Source: Eledone cirrhosa (lineage: Eukaryota). From it: DNA of 64,000 nt. Position 1 is the stretch's first letter; every line of letters starts with the position of its first letter. The notes under the pieces were generated by a model. It saw only the letters and a list, made by a program, of their open reading frames with translations, searched no databases and was not told the DNA's origin. The position numbers and the translations under genes were made by a program. The DNA lies in the NCBI GenBank assembly GCA_964016885.1, contig OZ024753.1:9424001-9488000 (forward strand), written 5' to 3'. Shown in pieces: positions 1 through 13,277 of this stretch.

Positions 1-3000
1 ATGCCCTTCCTAACACCAACCACATTTACAGTGTGGGTCTGGGAGGTTTTTACCGTGTTGCCTACACGGCCACATTACAGCGTGGACTGTGTGTTTTTTT
101 GTCGTGACACCTACACGATCTCATTTGTTTCGGCCTGGATGGCGCGGCACCAACATAACTTTACATAGAACGGGGTGGTGTGGATGGGGTGGGGGTGGCG
201 GCGGGAGGGGTGTATTTTGTTAGAGATGCCTACTGGCAAGGCGGGTCTTCTCTGTTACTGAGTACCGCCAAAGGTCACGGTCCAGTGACATTGTCTTGGA
301 GAGGTGTAAGTGTGTGAGGTCGGAGTTTATCAGCTCATCCCATGTTTTTCTAGGTCTGCCTATTCCGTGGCTACCGTCTATCTTTATTGCCCTGCACTTT
401 GTAATACAGCTATCGACTTTCATGCGCATCACGTGTCCATACCAACGCAGCCTTCTCTCGAGTAAACAACATCTGATCCCTCTTATCTCTAATTTTTTCC
501 TTAGTTCGTTTATGCTTTGCCGTTCACGTATATTACTGTTACACATCCAGCGGAGCATGCAAGCTTCGTTCCTCTCTAGTCTGCGTATATCCTCTGCACA
601 CAATGCCCAGGTCTCACTACCATGCAACATTGCTGTTCGTATGCAGGCATCGTACAACCTGCCTTTCATTTTTAGGGAGAACCCTTTAGCAGCTAATAGT
701 GGTATAAGCTCTCTGAACTTTTTCCAACCAGTTCTGACTCTAGCTACAGTACTTTCAGAGCACCCTCCCCCACTGCTGATTTTATCGCCCAGGTAACGGA
801 AGCTGTCCACTATTTCTATAAAACCCTCTGCGCAATTGAAAGAGCTAGTATTTTGTGGGCACTTGCTGCTACTTATTGCACCAGAACACCGGCCACATGT
901 AAAGTCTATGTTCTTAGTTAGCTTACCTGTGATCCCACTACATCTTTTATGCACCCATACTTTGCATTTAGGACATAAGATGGAGTTTCTACCTACGCCT
1001 TTCCTACATACCGAGCACGACCATTTCCCAGAAGGGACCGCCGCCTTGTTTTCTTTCCTACAAACTAGAACTTTGGTCTTAGCCAGGTTAATTTTAAGTC
1101 CTTTTGACTCTAGGCCGTGCTTCCATGTTTGGAATTTCTTCTCTAGCTCGGCCATTGATTCCGCTATGAGTGTCAGGTCGTCTGCGTATAGGAGTTCCCA
1201 TGGGCAGCCTGTCTTGAACTCCTCTGTTATAGCCTGAAGGGCAATAATAAATAGTAGGGGGCTGAGAACAGAGCCCTGATGGACGCCAACTTTTACGCTA
1301 AACTCTTCACTATATTCGTTGTTAATTCTAACCTTGCTGACTGTTTCTTTATACATGGCTTGTATAGCCCTCACAAGCCATTCGTCAACGCCTAGTTTTC
1401 TAAGGGCCCACCAGATAATGGAGCGGGGGACTCTGTCGAAGGCTTTCTCCAGGTCGACAAAAGCTAAGTAGAGGGGTTTACCTTTAGCTAGGTACTTCTC
1501 CTGTAGTTGTCGTACTATGAAAAGAGCGTCTGTGGTGCTTTTGCCTGACACAAACCCGAACTGCATTTCATCTAGATCAATTCTCTCTCTGATTAGTTGC
1601 GCTATTACTTTTTCCGTGACCTTCATGACCTGGTCGATTAATTTAATGCCTCTATAGTTACTCCTATCTAGGGCGTCTCCTTTACCCTTATAACAGTTAA
1701 CGATGATGCTGCTATGCCAGTCCTTCGGAACAACCCCATTCTGTACGACTTGGTTAACTATGCGGGTGACCATGGTGTGTCCCACCGTGCCAGATGCCTT
1801 CAGCATCTCAGCAACTATTTCCGAAGGCCCAGCCGCCTTACCAGTCTTCATATCCTTGATTGCCTTACTTATTATACTCCCCTCGACTAACACTGCTGGT
1901 CCCTCTATCGGGTCGATATGGGGGAGACTGTCTTTCTCCCATTTATTCTCCTCATTTAGTAGCCTTTCATAGTGACACTTCCAAGCTACCTTCTTATCAG
2001 TGTCGGTGATGGCAAGTATGCCATCATCGTTAAGTACACACTTCTCCCCGACAATATCACGGTTTTCCTTGACGCATTGCCTGGCAATCCTGAACACCTC
2101 ACGTTTTTGGTCATCGCGTTGTAGAACATGCTTGAACTTTCTTTCCTCAGCTTCCCTTCTTGCTAAGTACACTTCTCTCCTAGCTTCCCTCCTGGCCACT
2201 TGATAGTCTACTCTACTTCCCCCATCCCGCCATACTTTCCAAGCCTGCTTTTTGGCCTTAATTGACCCCTCCACCTTACTGTTCCACCACCATGTTACTC
2301 TCCTCCTGCCTACAGGCCTGCTCCAGCCACAGACTTCGTCTGTCGCCAACAGCAGGTTAGCTTTCAGAAATTTCCACTGTCCCTCTATATTGTCCGATTC
2401 TAGATGCTCTTCCTTACTGTCGAAAGCATCAAGTAATATGCTTTGAAATTTATTTCTGGCTGTGGGGTCTTTTAGTTTCCATATTTTCCTCCTGAGGATA
2501 GTCCTCTTCTGCTGTCGGGTGCGTCTCGTCCTGACTATGAGGTCGCTAATTATCAGTCTATGTTGGGAGGTGCATTCTTCATGGGGGAGGGATTTAGTGT
2601 TTACAACAGACACTCTGTCACGTCTTCTGGTAAGGATATAATCTACCTGGCTTGTGTGTTCCCCGGATCTATAGGTAATCAGGTGATTGTCACGTTTTTT
2701 GAAGTTAGTGTTACAGATAGTTAGGTTATTTGCATCACAGTATTCCAGAATTCTGGAGCCTTCCTCATTTCTAGTACCAAACCCATAGCCTCCATGGATT
2801 TCGTCATAGCCGTCACAATGTTGTCCAACGTGACCATTTAGGTCGCCTGCAATAATTATATAGTCACTGTCAGATATTTGGGAGGTAGTTAGCAACAGTG
2901 TCTCATAGAATCTGTCTTTTATAGTGCCGGGCAGTCCGGATTGGGGTGCGTACGCAGATATTACTGTCACCGTAGTTCTATTGAGGACAAGTCTTATTTT

Positions 3001-3393
3001 AATTATTCTGTCGTTCACTCTATTTACGTCTATTATCTTATCTGCCCACTTTTCTGCTACCATGATTCCTACTCCACCCAGCCCATCGTCGTTTCCCACC
3101 CAGAAAAGCTTATAACATCGTTTTTTACCCTCAATGAATCTAGCAGACCCACCCCTCCACCTGGTCTCTTGAATACAACAAACATCGACCTCCTTACGTT
3201 CAAGCATTTCTACAACCTCGTTAGCGCGACCCTTTAGGGTGCCTACATTTATGGTACCAACTCTGAAGTTTTGGATCGCGTTTGGAGGGTGGGGGTGGTG
3301 TGGGGCGGGGGGAGATGGGGTTATGTTAGCCATCCGCGGGCGAAACAAAGAAGAGTGCTCGCATTCTCGTCCACGAGGTGAATTTGACTTTAA
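1..3393 (-). mobile_element. RTE LINE, near full length; 3' UTR runs off the window start and the 5' end abuts (TA)n
   Basis: ORF above. Bases 1-219 match the 3' UTR of the truncated copy at 12636-13205. Confidence 0.9.
220..3333 (-). CDS. Intact ORF of an RTE-clade non-LTR retrotransposon (APE endonuclease + reverse transcriptase with PHD-like insertion), about 1037 aa
   Basis: APE motifs [38 protein letters not shown] motifs [48 protein letters not shown]-terminus [12 protein letters not shown]...GRPRKTW. Likely start is the ATG at 3333 (MANITP); the track's extension to 3597 is mostly (TA)n read-through. Confidence 0.95.
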   Translation of the reverse strand: MANITPSPPAPHHPHPPNAIQNFRVGTINVGTLKGRANEVVEMLERKEVDVCCIQETRWRGGSARFIEGKKRCYKLFWVGNDDGLGGVGIMVAEKWADKIIDVNRVNDRIIKIRLVLNRTTVTVISAYAPQSGLPGTIKDRFYETLLLTTSQISDSDYIIIAGDLNGHVGQHCDGYDEIHGGYGFGTRNEEGSRILEYCDANNLTICNTNFKKRDNHLITYRSGEHTSQVDYILTRRRDRVSVVNTKSLPHEECTSQHRLIISDLIVRTRRTRQQKRTILRRKIWKLKDPTARNKFQSILLDAFDSKEEHLESDNIEGQWKFLKANLLLATDEVCGWSRPVGRRRVTWWWNSKVEGSIKAKKQAWKVWRDGGSRVDYQVARREARREVYLARREAEERKFKHVLQRDDQKREVFRIARQCVKENRDIVGEKCVLNDDGILAITDTDKKVAWKCHYERLLNEENKWEKDSLPHIDPIEGPAVLVEGSIISKAIKDMKTGKAAGPSEIVAEMLKASGTVGHTMVTRIVNQVVQNGVVPKDWHSSIIVNCYKGKGDALDRSNYRGIKLIDQVMKVTEKVIAQLIRERIDLDEMQFGFVSGKSTTDALFIVRQLQEKYLAKGKPLYLAFVDLEKAFDRVPRSIIWWALRKLGVDEWLVRAIQAMYKETVSKVRINNEYSEEFSVKVGVHQGSVLSPLLFIIALQAITEEFKTGCPWELLYADDLTLIAESMAELEKKFQTWKHGLESKGLKINLAKTKVLVCRKENKAAVPSGKWSCSVCRKGVGRNSILCPKCKVWVHKRCSGITGKLTKNIDFTCGRCSGAISSSKCPQNTSSFNCAEGFIEIVDSFRYLGDKISSGGGCSESTVARVRTGWKKFRELIPLLAAKGFSLKMKGRLYDACIRTAMLHGSETWALCAEDIRRLERNEACMLRWMCNSNIRERQSINELRKKLEIRGIRCCLLERRLRWYGHVMRMKVDSCITKCRAIKIDGSHGIGRPRKTWDELINSDLTHLHLSKTMSLDRDLWRYSVTEKTRLASRHL

Positions 3394-3405
3394 ATATATA
3401 TATAC

Positions 3406-3448
<43 letters not shown>

Positions 3449-3780
3449 TATACAAATATATACACACAAACATATATATATATATATACATAAATATATA
3501 TATATATATATATACACAAACATATATATATACACATATATATACAAATATATACACACAAACATATATATATATAGATACATATATATACACACAAACA
3601 TATATATATATATACATATTTACATAATTATACATACAGAGACACATATACACATAAATAAATAAGTATATATATATATATATATATACACAGATACTCA
3701 TATATACACAGATACACAGGCATATGCACACAAACACACACATACACAAACATACACATACACATACACACACATACAAA
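3394..3780. repeat. (TA)n/(CA)n compound microsatellite
   Basis: Directly visible. Confidence 0.95.
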
Positions 3781-3908
3781 TATTGTTCATATAATATTGA
3801 TTAGAATAAATAACAAATCTAAGAGAAACTTATTCATATTTCTCTTCTCACAAATGATAGCTAAATTTGATTCTTAATTTAATTTCGTTCTATGGTTGGG
3901 TACATACT

Positions 3909-4199
3909 AGAGGGAGAGGGAGGGAGGGAGAGGGAGGGGAGGGAGAGGGAGGGGGAGAGGAAGAGAGAGAGGGGGAATGTAGTGAGAGAGAGAGAGAGAT
4001 GGTAATGAGTGAGAGGAGAGAGAGAGAGAGAGAGATGGTAATGAGTGAGAGGAGAGATAGAGAGAGATATAGTAGCGAGTGAGAGGAGAGATAGGGATAA
4101 AGAATGAGAATGAGAAAGAGAGAGAGAGATGAGAGAGAGATAGTAGTGAGTGAGGGGAGAGATAGAGATAAAGAATGAGAAAGATATGTATATATATAT

Positions 4200-4231
<32 letters not shown>

Positions 4232-4274
4232 TAGTAGTGAGTGAGGGGAGAGATAGAGATAAAGAATGAGAAAG

Positions 4275-4313
<39 letters not shown>

Positions 4314-4492
4314 AAGAGAGCTAAGAGAGAGAGAGCTGAGAGAGAGAGAGAGAGAGATAGTAGTGAGTGAGGGGAGAGATAGAGATAAAGAATGAGAAAG
4401 ATATATATATATATATATAGAGAGAGAGGGAGAGAGAGAGAGAGAGAGATAGTAGTGAGTGAGGGGAGAGATAGAGATAAAGAATGAGAAAG

Positions 4493-4538
<46 letters not shown>

Positions 4539-4632
4539 GGAGAGAGGGAGAGAGCTAAGAGAGAGAGAGCTGAGAGAGAGAGAGAGAGAGAGAGATAGTA
4601 GTGAGTGAGGGGAGAGATAGAGAAAAAGAATA

Positions 4633-4691
<59 letters not shown>

Positions 4692-4780
4692 GGAGATAGA
4701 GAGAGAGAGAGGTGGGAGAGAGAGAGAGAGAGAGAGAGATAGTAGTGAGTGAGGGGAGAGATAGAGATAAAGAATGAGAA

Positions 4781-4857
<77 letters not shown>

Positions 4858-4860
4858 TAA
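3909..4860. repeat. Purine-rich higher-order repeat: core GATAGTAGTGAGTGAGGGGAGAGATAGAGATAAAGAATGAGAAAGA + variable (AT)n(AG)n
   Basis: About 7 copies of the core separated by variable dinucleotide runs. Confidence 0.9.
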
Positions 4861-5209
4861 AGTTTGGCAAATAAATAATTTCTAAAGATATAACGCTTGT
4901 TGAAGTCTGAGAGGCAATAATGAGAGATGGTCACAGCATCAGTTTAGTTTTATGCTTGGCTTCAGTAGTTTCCTTTTACTTGTTTGCTGTTTTTTTATTT
5001 AGAGAAAGAGAGAGTGTGTGTATGTGAGTGTGTGTGTGTGCGTGTGCGAGTGTGTGAGTGAGAGAGAAATATAAAAAAATATAAACAAAAGCAACCAAAC
5101 AAATATTTTTTCTCTTGGGTTGAAATGGGTCTTCTTTATATATTGACTGAATTACCAGAGCTTTTAAGAAAGTATAGAGGTAGATTCTATTCTGAAGATG
5201 ATGAATATA

Positions 5210-5417
5210 GAATATATATATATATATACACACACATATATATACATAGAGACATATATACATACGTACATATATACATAGAGACATACATATATACATA
5301 CATATATATATATATACAAACATATATATACATACATATATATACATATATATACATACATATATTTACATACATACATATATATATACATATATATACA
5401 TACATATATTTACATAC

Positions 5418-5451
<34 letters not shown>

Positions 5452-5620
5452 ATATACATACATGTATCTATACATTACATATATATATATATATATATGT
5501 ATACATATATACATTATATATACACCCATACATATATACATTATATATACACCCATACATATATATATACCCATATATATATATACACACACACACCCCA
5601 CACATATATATATATGTGTA
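5210..5620. repeat. (TA)/(CA) microsatellite field; similar fields at 18960-19240, 20030-20390, 32948-33950, 34310-35000, 50330-50730, 55060-55520, 57360-57830, 59345-59583, 60910-61040
   Basis: Directly visible. Confidence 0.95.
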
Positions 5621-6409
5621 AATAATAAAAATGGTAAAAAAACAAACTAAGCATATGAATATAATTTAGAAATAGCTTGGTAAAGAAATTTAATAAGAAA
5701 AAATTAATAAAGCATGAATATTAAAATAAATAAAATAAATATGATCAGAATGTCTGTATTAAGTAAAAAAAAAATGGCGCGGGTGTGTGTGGTGGGGTGG
5801 GGGTGGGTGTGTGTGGTGGCGTTAGAGGTAAGAAGTAACCCCCCAAAAAAGTAAGAAAGAAGATATCATTACAAGTAATATAAAATACAAGAGAGCTTTC
5901 AAATAATTTCTTAGTGGCATTTCTTTCTCATTTTTTTTTTCCTCAAAAAAGTAGCTTTTATTCAAATTTCCCTCTCTAAATAAATATGTAAATATATATA
6001 TAAATATATAATTATAAATATATATATAAATATATAAATATATATATAAATATATAATTATATATAGAAATATAGAAATATAAATATATATATAAATATA
6101 TAAATATATATATAAATATATAAATATATATATAAATATATAAATAAAATAAAATAAAATTCAAAACTTCAGAGTGTGTTAAATATGATACAATATGATG
6201 GAATATAAATTTTTTTTTCTGGTTATAGAGGAAGTGGTCTGGAGGTTTGGTATTTTTTTTATTTTAGTGACAGCATATACATGTTTCTTGGTTTTGTTTT
6301 GTTGTTTTTTTTTGCAATCAACTCAAAGCTAGAGTGAAGAATGTCTGGGAGAGTGTATTTGGGGGAAGGGGAGGGTACAAGTTCAAGATTGTTGATAGGA
6401 ATGTAATTT

Positions 6410-7080
6410 AACCTTTTAGCATTTAACCCTCTAGTATTTACAATACTCTATATATACTGTTGTATTTTCACAGCAAAGGCTTTATCTCACATAATATCTC
6501 ACATAACATTTACAATACTCTATATATACTATTGTATTTTCACAGCAAAGGCTTTATCTCACATAATATCTCACATAACATTTACAATACTCTATATATA
6601 CTATTGTATTTTCACAGCAAAGGCTTTATCTCACATAACATTTACATTACTCTATATATACTATTGTATTTTCACAGCAAAGGCTTTACCTCACATAATA
6701 TCTCACATAACATTTACATTACTTCATGGTAAAGGCTTTACCTCACATAATATCTCACATAACATTTACAATACTCTATATAAACTATTGTATTTTCATG
6801 GTAAAGGCTTTACCTCACATAATATCTCACAAAACATTTACATTACTCTATATATACTATTGTATTTTCATGGTAAAGGCTTTACCTCACATAATATCTC
6901 ACATAACATTTACATTACTCTATATATACTATTGTATTTTTGCAGTAAAGGCTTTATCTTACATAATATCTCGCATATGGAATCTATGATATTTTGATAT
7001 TATTTATTTTGAAAACAATAACTTAACATCAGTATGAGAGGCTAGTTGCAGCTGGTTTGAAAAGAAAGAAGTGTAAGAAT
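6410..7080 (+). mobile_element. piggyBac-type MITE copy with internal ~75-87 bp tandem amplification
   Basis: Homologous to the TTAA-flanked MITE at 21559-21763; unit TACTCTATATATACTATTGTATTTTCACAGCAAAGGCTTTATCTCACATAA... repeated about 6 times. Confidence 0.7.
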
Positions 7081-7235
7081 TCTGTCTTCTGCACACAGAG
7101 CCCACGTCTCACTACTATGTAACATTGCTGTTTGTATGCATGCATCATACAGTCTGCCTTTCATTTTGAGGGAAAAGGCTTTTGTAGCTATTAGTGGTAG
7201 TAGATCCCTCAACTTCTTCCACACTGTTTTCATTC
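7078..7235 (-). mobile_element. RTE LINE fragment
   Basis: [46 protein letters not shown] matches the intact ORF. Confidence 0.9.
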
Positions 7236-7269
7236 TGGGGTCTAAATTAGAAACCATTATTATTATTAT

Positions 7270-7670
7270 TGTGGCATTGGATTGGCAGTATTGGTAGGAT
7301 GTTGGACATGCTTTGCAACATAGAGTTATGGCCCTTTATCTTCTGAGTTTAAATCCCTCCGAAGTTAACTTTACCTTTCATCCTTATGGGGTCGATAAAA
7401 TAAAGTACCAGTATTGCACTGGGGTCGATCTAATTGACTTTCTCACCCCCAAAATAGTTGGTGTTGTGCTGAAATCAAAAACCTTTATTAAGGGTGGAAG
7501 ATTGGCAGAACCAGTAGAGCATCAGACAACATATAAGCTTACTATATGCTTTGCAGCATATAGTAAGGGCCCTTTACATTCTGTGTTCAAATACCACAAA
7601 GGTGTTAGCTTTACCTTTCATCCTTATGTGGTTGATAAAATAAAGTATCAGTAATGTACTGGGGTCAAAT
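7270..7670 (+). mobile_element. Two diverged tRNA-derived Nin-domain SINE copies
   Basis: CCTTTCATCCTTATGGGGTCGATAAAATAAAGTACCAG core and degenerate A/B boxes. Confidence 0.75.
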
Positions 7671-7796
7671 TCCCCCTCCAACCTACCAACACAATCTCCT
7701 CTCCTGCACACTGCATCAGATTCCCCTTATGCCTATTTTCTCTCTCAGTACATTTATGCATTGCTGTTCATGTATATCACTATAATACATCCATCA

Positions 7797-8580
7797 GAGC
7801 ATGCAAGCTTCATTTCTTTCCAATCTTCACAAGCACCCAGGTCTCACTACCATGCAACATTGCTGTTCGTATGCATGCATCATACAGTCTGCCTTTCATA
7901 TCGAGGGAAAAGCCTTTTGTAGCTAGTAGTGCAAGCTTCATTTCTTTCCAATCTTCGCAAGTCTTCATCACACAGCACCCAGGTCTCACCACCATGCAAC
8001 ATTGTTGTTCGTATGCATGCAAGCTTCATTTCTTTCCAATCTTGACAAGTCTTCAGCACACAGCACGCAAGTCTCACTACCATGCAACATTGCTGTTCGT
8101 ATGCATGCAAGCTTCATTTCTTTCCAGTCTTCACAAGTCTTCAGCACACAGCACGCAAGTCTCACTACCATGCAACATTGCTGTTCGTATGCATGCAAGC
8201 TTCATTTCTTTCCAATCTTGACAAGTCTTCAGCACACAACACGCAAGTCTCACTACCATGCAACATTGTTGTTCATATGCATGCAAGCTTCATTTCTTTC
8301 CAATCTTCACAAGTCTTCAGCACACAGCACCCAGGTCTCACCACCATGCAACATTGTTGTTCGTATGCATGCAAGCTTCATTTCTTTCCAATCTTGACAA
8401 GTCTTCAGCACACAGCACGCAAGTCTCACTACCATGCAACATTGCTGTTCGTATGCATGCAAGCTTCATTTCTTTCCAGTCTTCAGCACACAGCACCCAG
8501 ATCTCACTACCATGCAACATTGTTATTCACATGCAAGCTTCATTTTTTTCCAATCTTCCCAAGTCTTCAGCACACAGCTG
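7797..8580 (-). repeat. 88-bp tandem array derived from an RTE ORF segment (about 7 units)
   Basis: Period 88 (CATGC at 8016, 8104, 8192); unit encodes [28 protein letters not shown]. Confidence 0.92.
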
Positions 8581-9539
8581 AATCAACTTCCCCCACTTAA
8601 AGAGTTTGCCTTGTGCCTAAATCAGAAACCATTGTTATTACTATTAGCGATATAAGACATTTGATGTGAAAATTCATTGCTTTTAATGAGTTTGTAGAAA
8701 TGCCAGACAGAATGTGAATGATATGTCATTAGTGTTAATATAATGAAGCCAGATTAAAAAATCTAATTGTAATAATAATAATTATGTAGTGAGGAAAAGT
8801 CAAGATTAGATTAATGTCTAACATTATTTTAATCACATTTCTGGTATCATAAGAGACTACTCCAGACATATTAGTTGTATCTGGGTAATTAACATTAGTG
8901 ATTATTATTTTCAGGATAATTATGTATCTTGGTTGTTTTTAGTATAGGTACCACGTATCACAGTGTTATATGGGCTACCTGTTCTAAAAGGGGATTTAAA
9001 AAGTTAGCATCAGGAAGAGCATCCAGTCATAAAACCTTGCCCCAAAATATCCTGTCCAACCCATGCTAGCATGGAAAAGCAGACATAAAACCGATAATGA
9101 TAATCGAAAGTCTGTGTCAAGCTCTGCGGTTCATCAAGCTGGTTTTTATCCTGGTTTCCATGGCGTGAAGCAACTAAAGGTACAAGACATGCCAGTCCAT
9201 CACCTGGTTAAACCCCCATCTATTGCTGGTGCTCATTTTCAGCTGAGTACACTGAAATAACATGAAATGAAGTGTTTCGCTCAAGAACACATTACACAAC
9301 CCAGGAATTGAACCCATGGCATTATGATCATAAGTCCAACACCCTTACCACTAGGCCACACACATCCATGATAATGATAATAGACAGTATTTATCTTTGA
9401 CCCCCTATATCCAAAGCTGTCTTGCCCAATTTCACCTCTCAAAGACAATGACACAGGACCGAGACCGCTGGCATTACACAGTAATACAGAAGGCCCAACT
9501 TCCCATGGGGACAAGCCAAAGCTGAAGCATATAGACAGT

Positions 9540-9915
9540 ATGTACCCCCCACTCCCAATGTAAAGTGGTCGTGTAGGTGTCACAACAAAAAAGCACCCAG
9601 TCCACACTGTAAAGTGGTCGTGTAGGTGTCACAACAAAAAAGCACCCAGTCCACACTGTAAAATGGTCATGTAGGTGTCACGACAAAAAGCAGCCAGTTC
9701 GCAATGTAAAGTAGTCATGTAGGTGTCACGACAAAAAGCACCCAGTCCACACTGTAAAGTGGTCGTGTAGGTGCCACGGTAAAAAAGCACCCAGTACTCA
9801 CTGTAAATGAGGTTGGTGTTATGAAGGGCATCCAGCAGTAAAAATCAAGCCAAAATCAGTTCTGTATGAGCAAGACATGGTCACCTGACCTAGCATTGCC
9901 CACAACAGGACAACT
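9540..9915 (+). mobile_element. RTE-3'UTR/SINE body fragment with about 5 copies of the ~48-bp unit
   Basis: Repeated AAGTGGTCGTGTAGGTGTCAC...AAAAAGCACCCAGTCCACACTGTA followed by GTTGGTGTTA.GAAGGGCATCCAGC. Confidence 0.8.
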
Positions 9916-11531
9916 TGATGAGTTTCAGGCATGAGACAGACTTAAGACACATTGGTCTGTCAATTAGTAATGATACTATAACCATTTAAATTATCAAACT
10001 CATTTTTTTTTACACAAGATATTAAGAATTAACCCTTTAGCATTTACATTACTCTATATATACTACTGTATTTTCGCAGTAAACACTTTATTTTACATAA
10101 TTATCTCACATAATATCAAATCTATGAGATTTTATCTCACATAATATCGAATCTACGAGATTTTGATATTATTTATTTTGAGAACAATACCTCACTGTAA
10201 ATGAGGTTGGTGTTAGGAAGGACATCCAGCTGTAAAAACCAAACTAAAATCAGTTCCCGTATGAGCAAGATATGGTCACCTGACCTGGCATTGCCTACAA
10301 CAGGACAACCCGTCTAACCCATGCTAGCGTGGAAGAATGGACGAAAAACAGTGATGATGATGATGATGTATCCCACTAAGGTTGATTTTCTTTGTTTTAT
10401 ATGTCCTTTGGGTCAAAGAAATATGTAGCAGGAATAATGTACTGGGACTTAGACTTAATCAACAATAATTATTTCTACTAATCATCAATAATGTTATCTG
10501 AACAGCTCTGTAGCTTGCATTTATCAAAGGAACAAATAAAAAATCAACACCAAAACCACACACACTTGAAAAACTAACAAAACTAAAAACATAACACGAA
10601 AAAGTTTTAATAAAAAATAATTGAATTTTTTTTTATATTTTTCTTTCAACAAAATTCTTTAAGTGTTGTAGTTTCAGAAATACCATACTATTGTTTTTGA
10701 AGAATTTCCAATAACTCTGAGATTAAAAATGCAGACAATCACAATTCTTAACATCAAGTGCTCAAAGCAAAATATGAGGACCACAGGAATTTGACCCATT
10801 ATTCAAATTCATAGATTATTTTCTGTATCTTAAGTATTATATTCACACATAATTGTTCATTCCTTAAAGATTTTCCTGGAATCTATTATTCATCAGTTGG
10901 CAGATTCAGTCACAGTATTCCCTTAGGGATACTTATTGTCTCTGTACTTCAGAACAAAGCAAAATACAAACCATCATGGGATTTAATGATAATCTTAACA
11001 TATTGTTCAATTGAAAGCAGATACATATTTAAAGAGAAATTTTAAAGAGGCTTTTGAGACCTTGCGTTTTTTGTTTCTTGCATTCTTCCTTGTCCTACTC
11101 AATCACAATATTATCTGTATTACTACTCTATACTATTGCAAACAATCTTTTATTGTGTTAGTTTCTAACATAGGCACAATGATACAAATTTAAACATTCA
11201 TTCACTTTAGAATCATACATTTTTAAAATTGACCTCTTCATTTTTTATTATGTTTTTTTGTTTTGTTTTTAAACCAGTCTTTGAATTTTAATATTTTGAA
11301 CATAAGAGATTCACAATCTGCAATATATATATATATATATATATTGTTATGCTTTGGGAGGGTCATGTTGCCAATAAGAAACACACGCACCAGTTGCTTT
11401 CACTCCAATTTATTATAAATGAAATTTGTAAATTTAAGAATTTATAAATTTCCGGTTGGTTGGTTGGTTCCACAATCCGGACGGTTGTTCATATATTGTC
11501 AAAAGAATCTTGCTAAACAAATTCAGAAACG

Positions 11532-11568
<37 letters not shown>

Positions 11569-12269
11569 AACATTAGTGTCTGCAGTTCTGTTTACATGGT
11601 AACACAAAAGAATGAGGGGTGCATTCTACTGACATGGCTTTAAAAAAGAGGGTGTTTGCATAATTGCAAACGAAAAGATTATTATTAATATTCGAAAAAC
11701 TCAGATTACATTTATATATATATAATATATATATATATATATACACATATATATATATAGATATGAATACACTTGCATGTTTCTTTCTCAACTTTTTTTC
11801 CATTCTTCCTCTTCTCATTCTCTATCGTTCTATTTCATCTTTTATATCTCATTCTGTCTTCCAATGAAGGACTAGTGTCTGAAACTTTAAGACTCTTTTC
11901 TTATAAATTTAAGTGTTCAACTAATATATTTCTTCATTCTACTGTGTTGTTTGCTTTGTTATTTTTGTTTACTTTTTACATATATATTTATATATATATA
12001 TAAAGGAACGATCGACTTTCGTCAAATCGGACCGAGGGAACAATGTTTCCGTTGGTCTTTCCAATTGCTAATACTATCTATCGGTCGCAACTCCAAGTAG
12101 AAGGAACAACGTGAAATAAAGTGTCTTGCTCAAGGACATAACACATCACCTGGTCCAGGAATCGAACTCACAACCTTACGATTGCGAATCCAATTCTCTA
12201 ACCACTCAGCCACACGCCTTCACTATAAATTGCCTCCTGTGCTTTGTTTGTTTCATTTATTAACTATAT

Positions 12270-12630
12270 AGTGGATAGGTGCTACACGAGAATGCTGAGG
12301 ATGGCTCTGAATATTAATCAGTATACACTAAGGATGAAGAACTGTGAGCTGTACGGGAGCCTCCCAAAAGTCAGCTCGCAAGTGACACAGAGGAGACTGA
12401 GGTTAGCTGGACATGCTCACCGACTTCCAGAGTTGACATTGCACTCAGTGCTCCTGTGGGAGCCCCTGCATGGACACACTGGAAGAGGGAGACCGAGGTT
12501 AACATATGTTGATGCCCTAAGGACAGACACTGGTCTCTTGGAGATGCAGGACATGGCAGCGATAATGAGGGACAGAGACCGCTGGAGAGAACTTGTCCAT
12601 GGATCTCGGGAATTTTACCCGCCCTAGACA
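12270..12630 (+). mobile_element. RTE-clade LINE 3' end (second family); related copy at 53323-53540 and a more distant relative at 24275-24525
   Basis: RRLRLAGHAHR...LLWEPLHG...GRGRPRLTYVD...RDRDRW. Confidence 0.85.
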
Positions 12631-12635
12631 TATAT

Positions 12636-13205
12636 CATCATCATCATCATCATCATCAGGTTTAGCGTCCGTGTTCCACGCTTGCATGGGTTTGGACGGG
12701 GGTTTTCCCACTTGAGGCAAGAGTGGTTGTCTTGCTCGCATAGGACTGTCTGGCGGGTTTTCTACAGTTGGATGCCCTTCCTAACACCAACCACATTTAC
12801 AGTGTGGGGCTGGGAGGTTTTTACCGTGTTGCCTACACGGCCACATTACAGCGTGGACTGTCTGGCGGGTTTTCTACAGCTGGATGCCCTTCCTAACACC
12901 AACCACATTTACAGTGTGGGGCTGGGAGGTTTTTACCGTGTTGCCTACACGGCCACATTTACAGCGTGGACTGTGTGTTTTTTGTCGTGACACCTACACG
13001 ATCTCATTTGTCTCGGCCTGGATGTTGTGGGACCAACATAACTTTACATTGAAAGGGGCGGTGTGGGTGGGGTGGAGGTGGTGGGACGGGGGTGTGTTTT
13101 GATAGAGATGCCTACTGACTGTAGTAGGTTTTTACTTTGTATTTAGGTAAGGCGGGTCTTCTCTATTACTGAGTACCGCCAAAGGTCTCGGTCCAGTGAC
13201 ATTGT
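12636..13205 (-). mobile_element. 5'-truncated copy of the RTE at 1-3393, with complete 3' UTR, internal ~110-bp duplication and (GAT)n tail
   Basis: High identity to 1-295. Another 3' piece lies at 34097-34310. Confidence 0.9.
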
Positions 13206-13226
13206 ATATATATATATAGTTAAAAA

Positions 13227-13277
13227 GCTTTTCCTGATGATTTCCTTTGAATGAAACAGTTCTAGTCCTGTAGAAGC
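13227..13277 (+). ncRNA. Hammerhead ribozyme motif (family E)
   Basis: CTGATGA 13234-40, short stem II, GAAA 13253-56, CAG/CTG stem III, GUA triplet, stem I with GAAGC. Confidence 0.6.

Noticed and set aside
3334-3597. N-terminal extension of the RTE ORF
   Set aside because: Mostly stop-free (TA)n/(TG)n read-through giving YI repeats.
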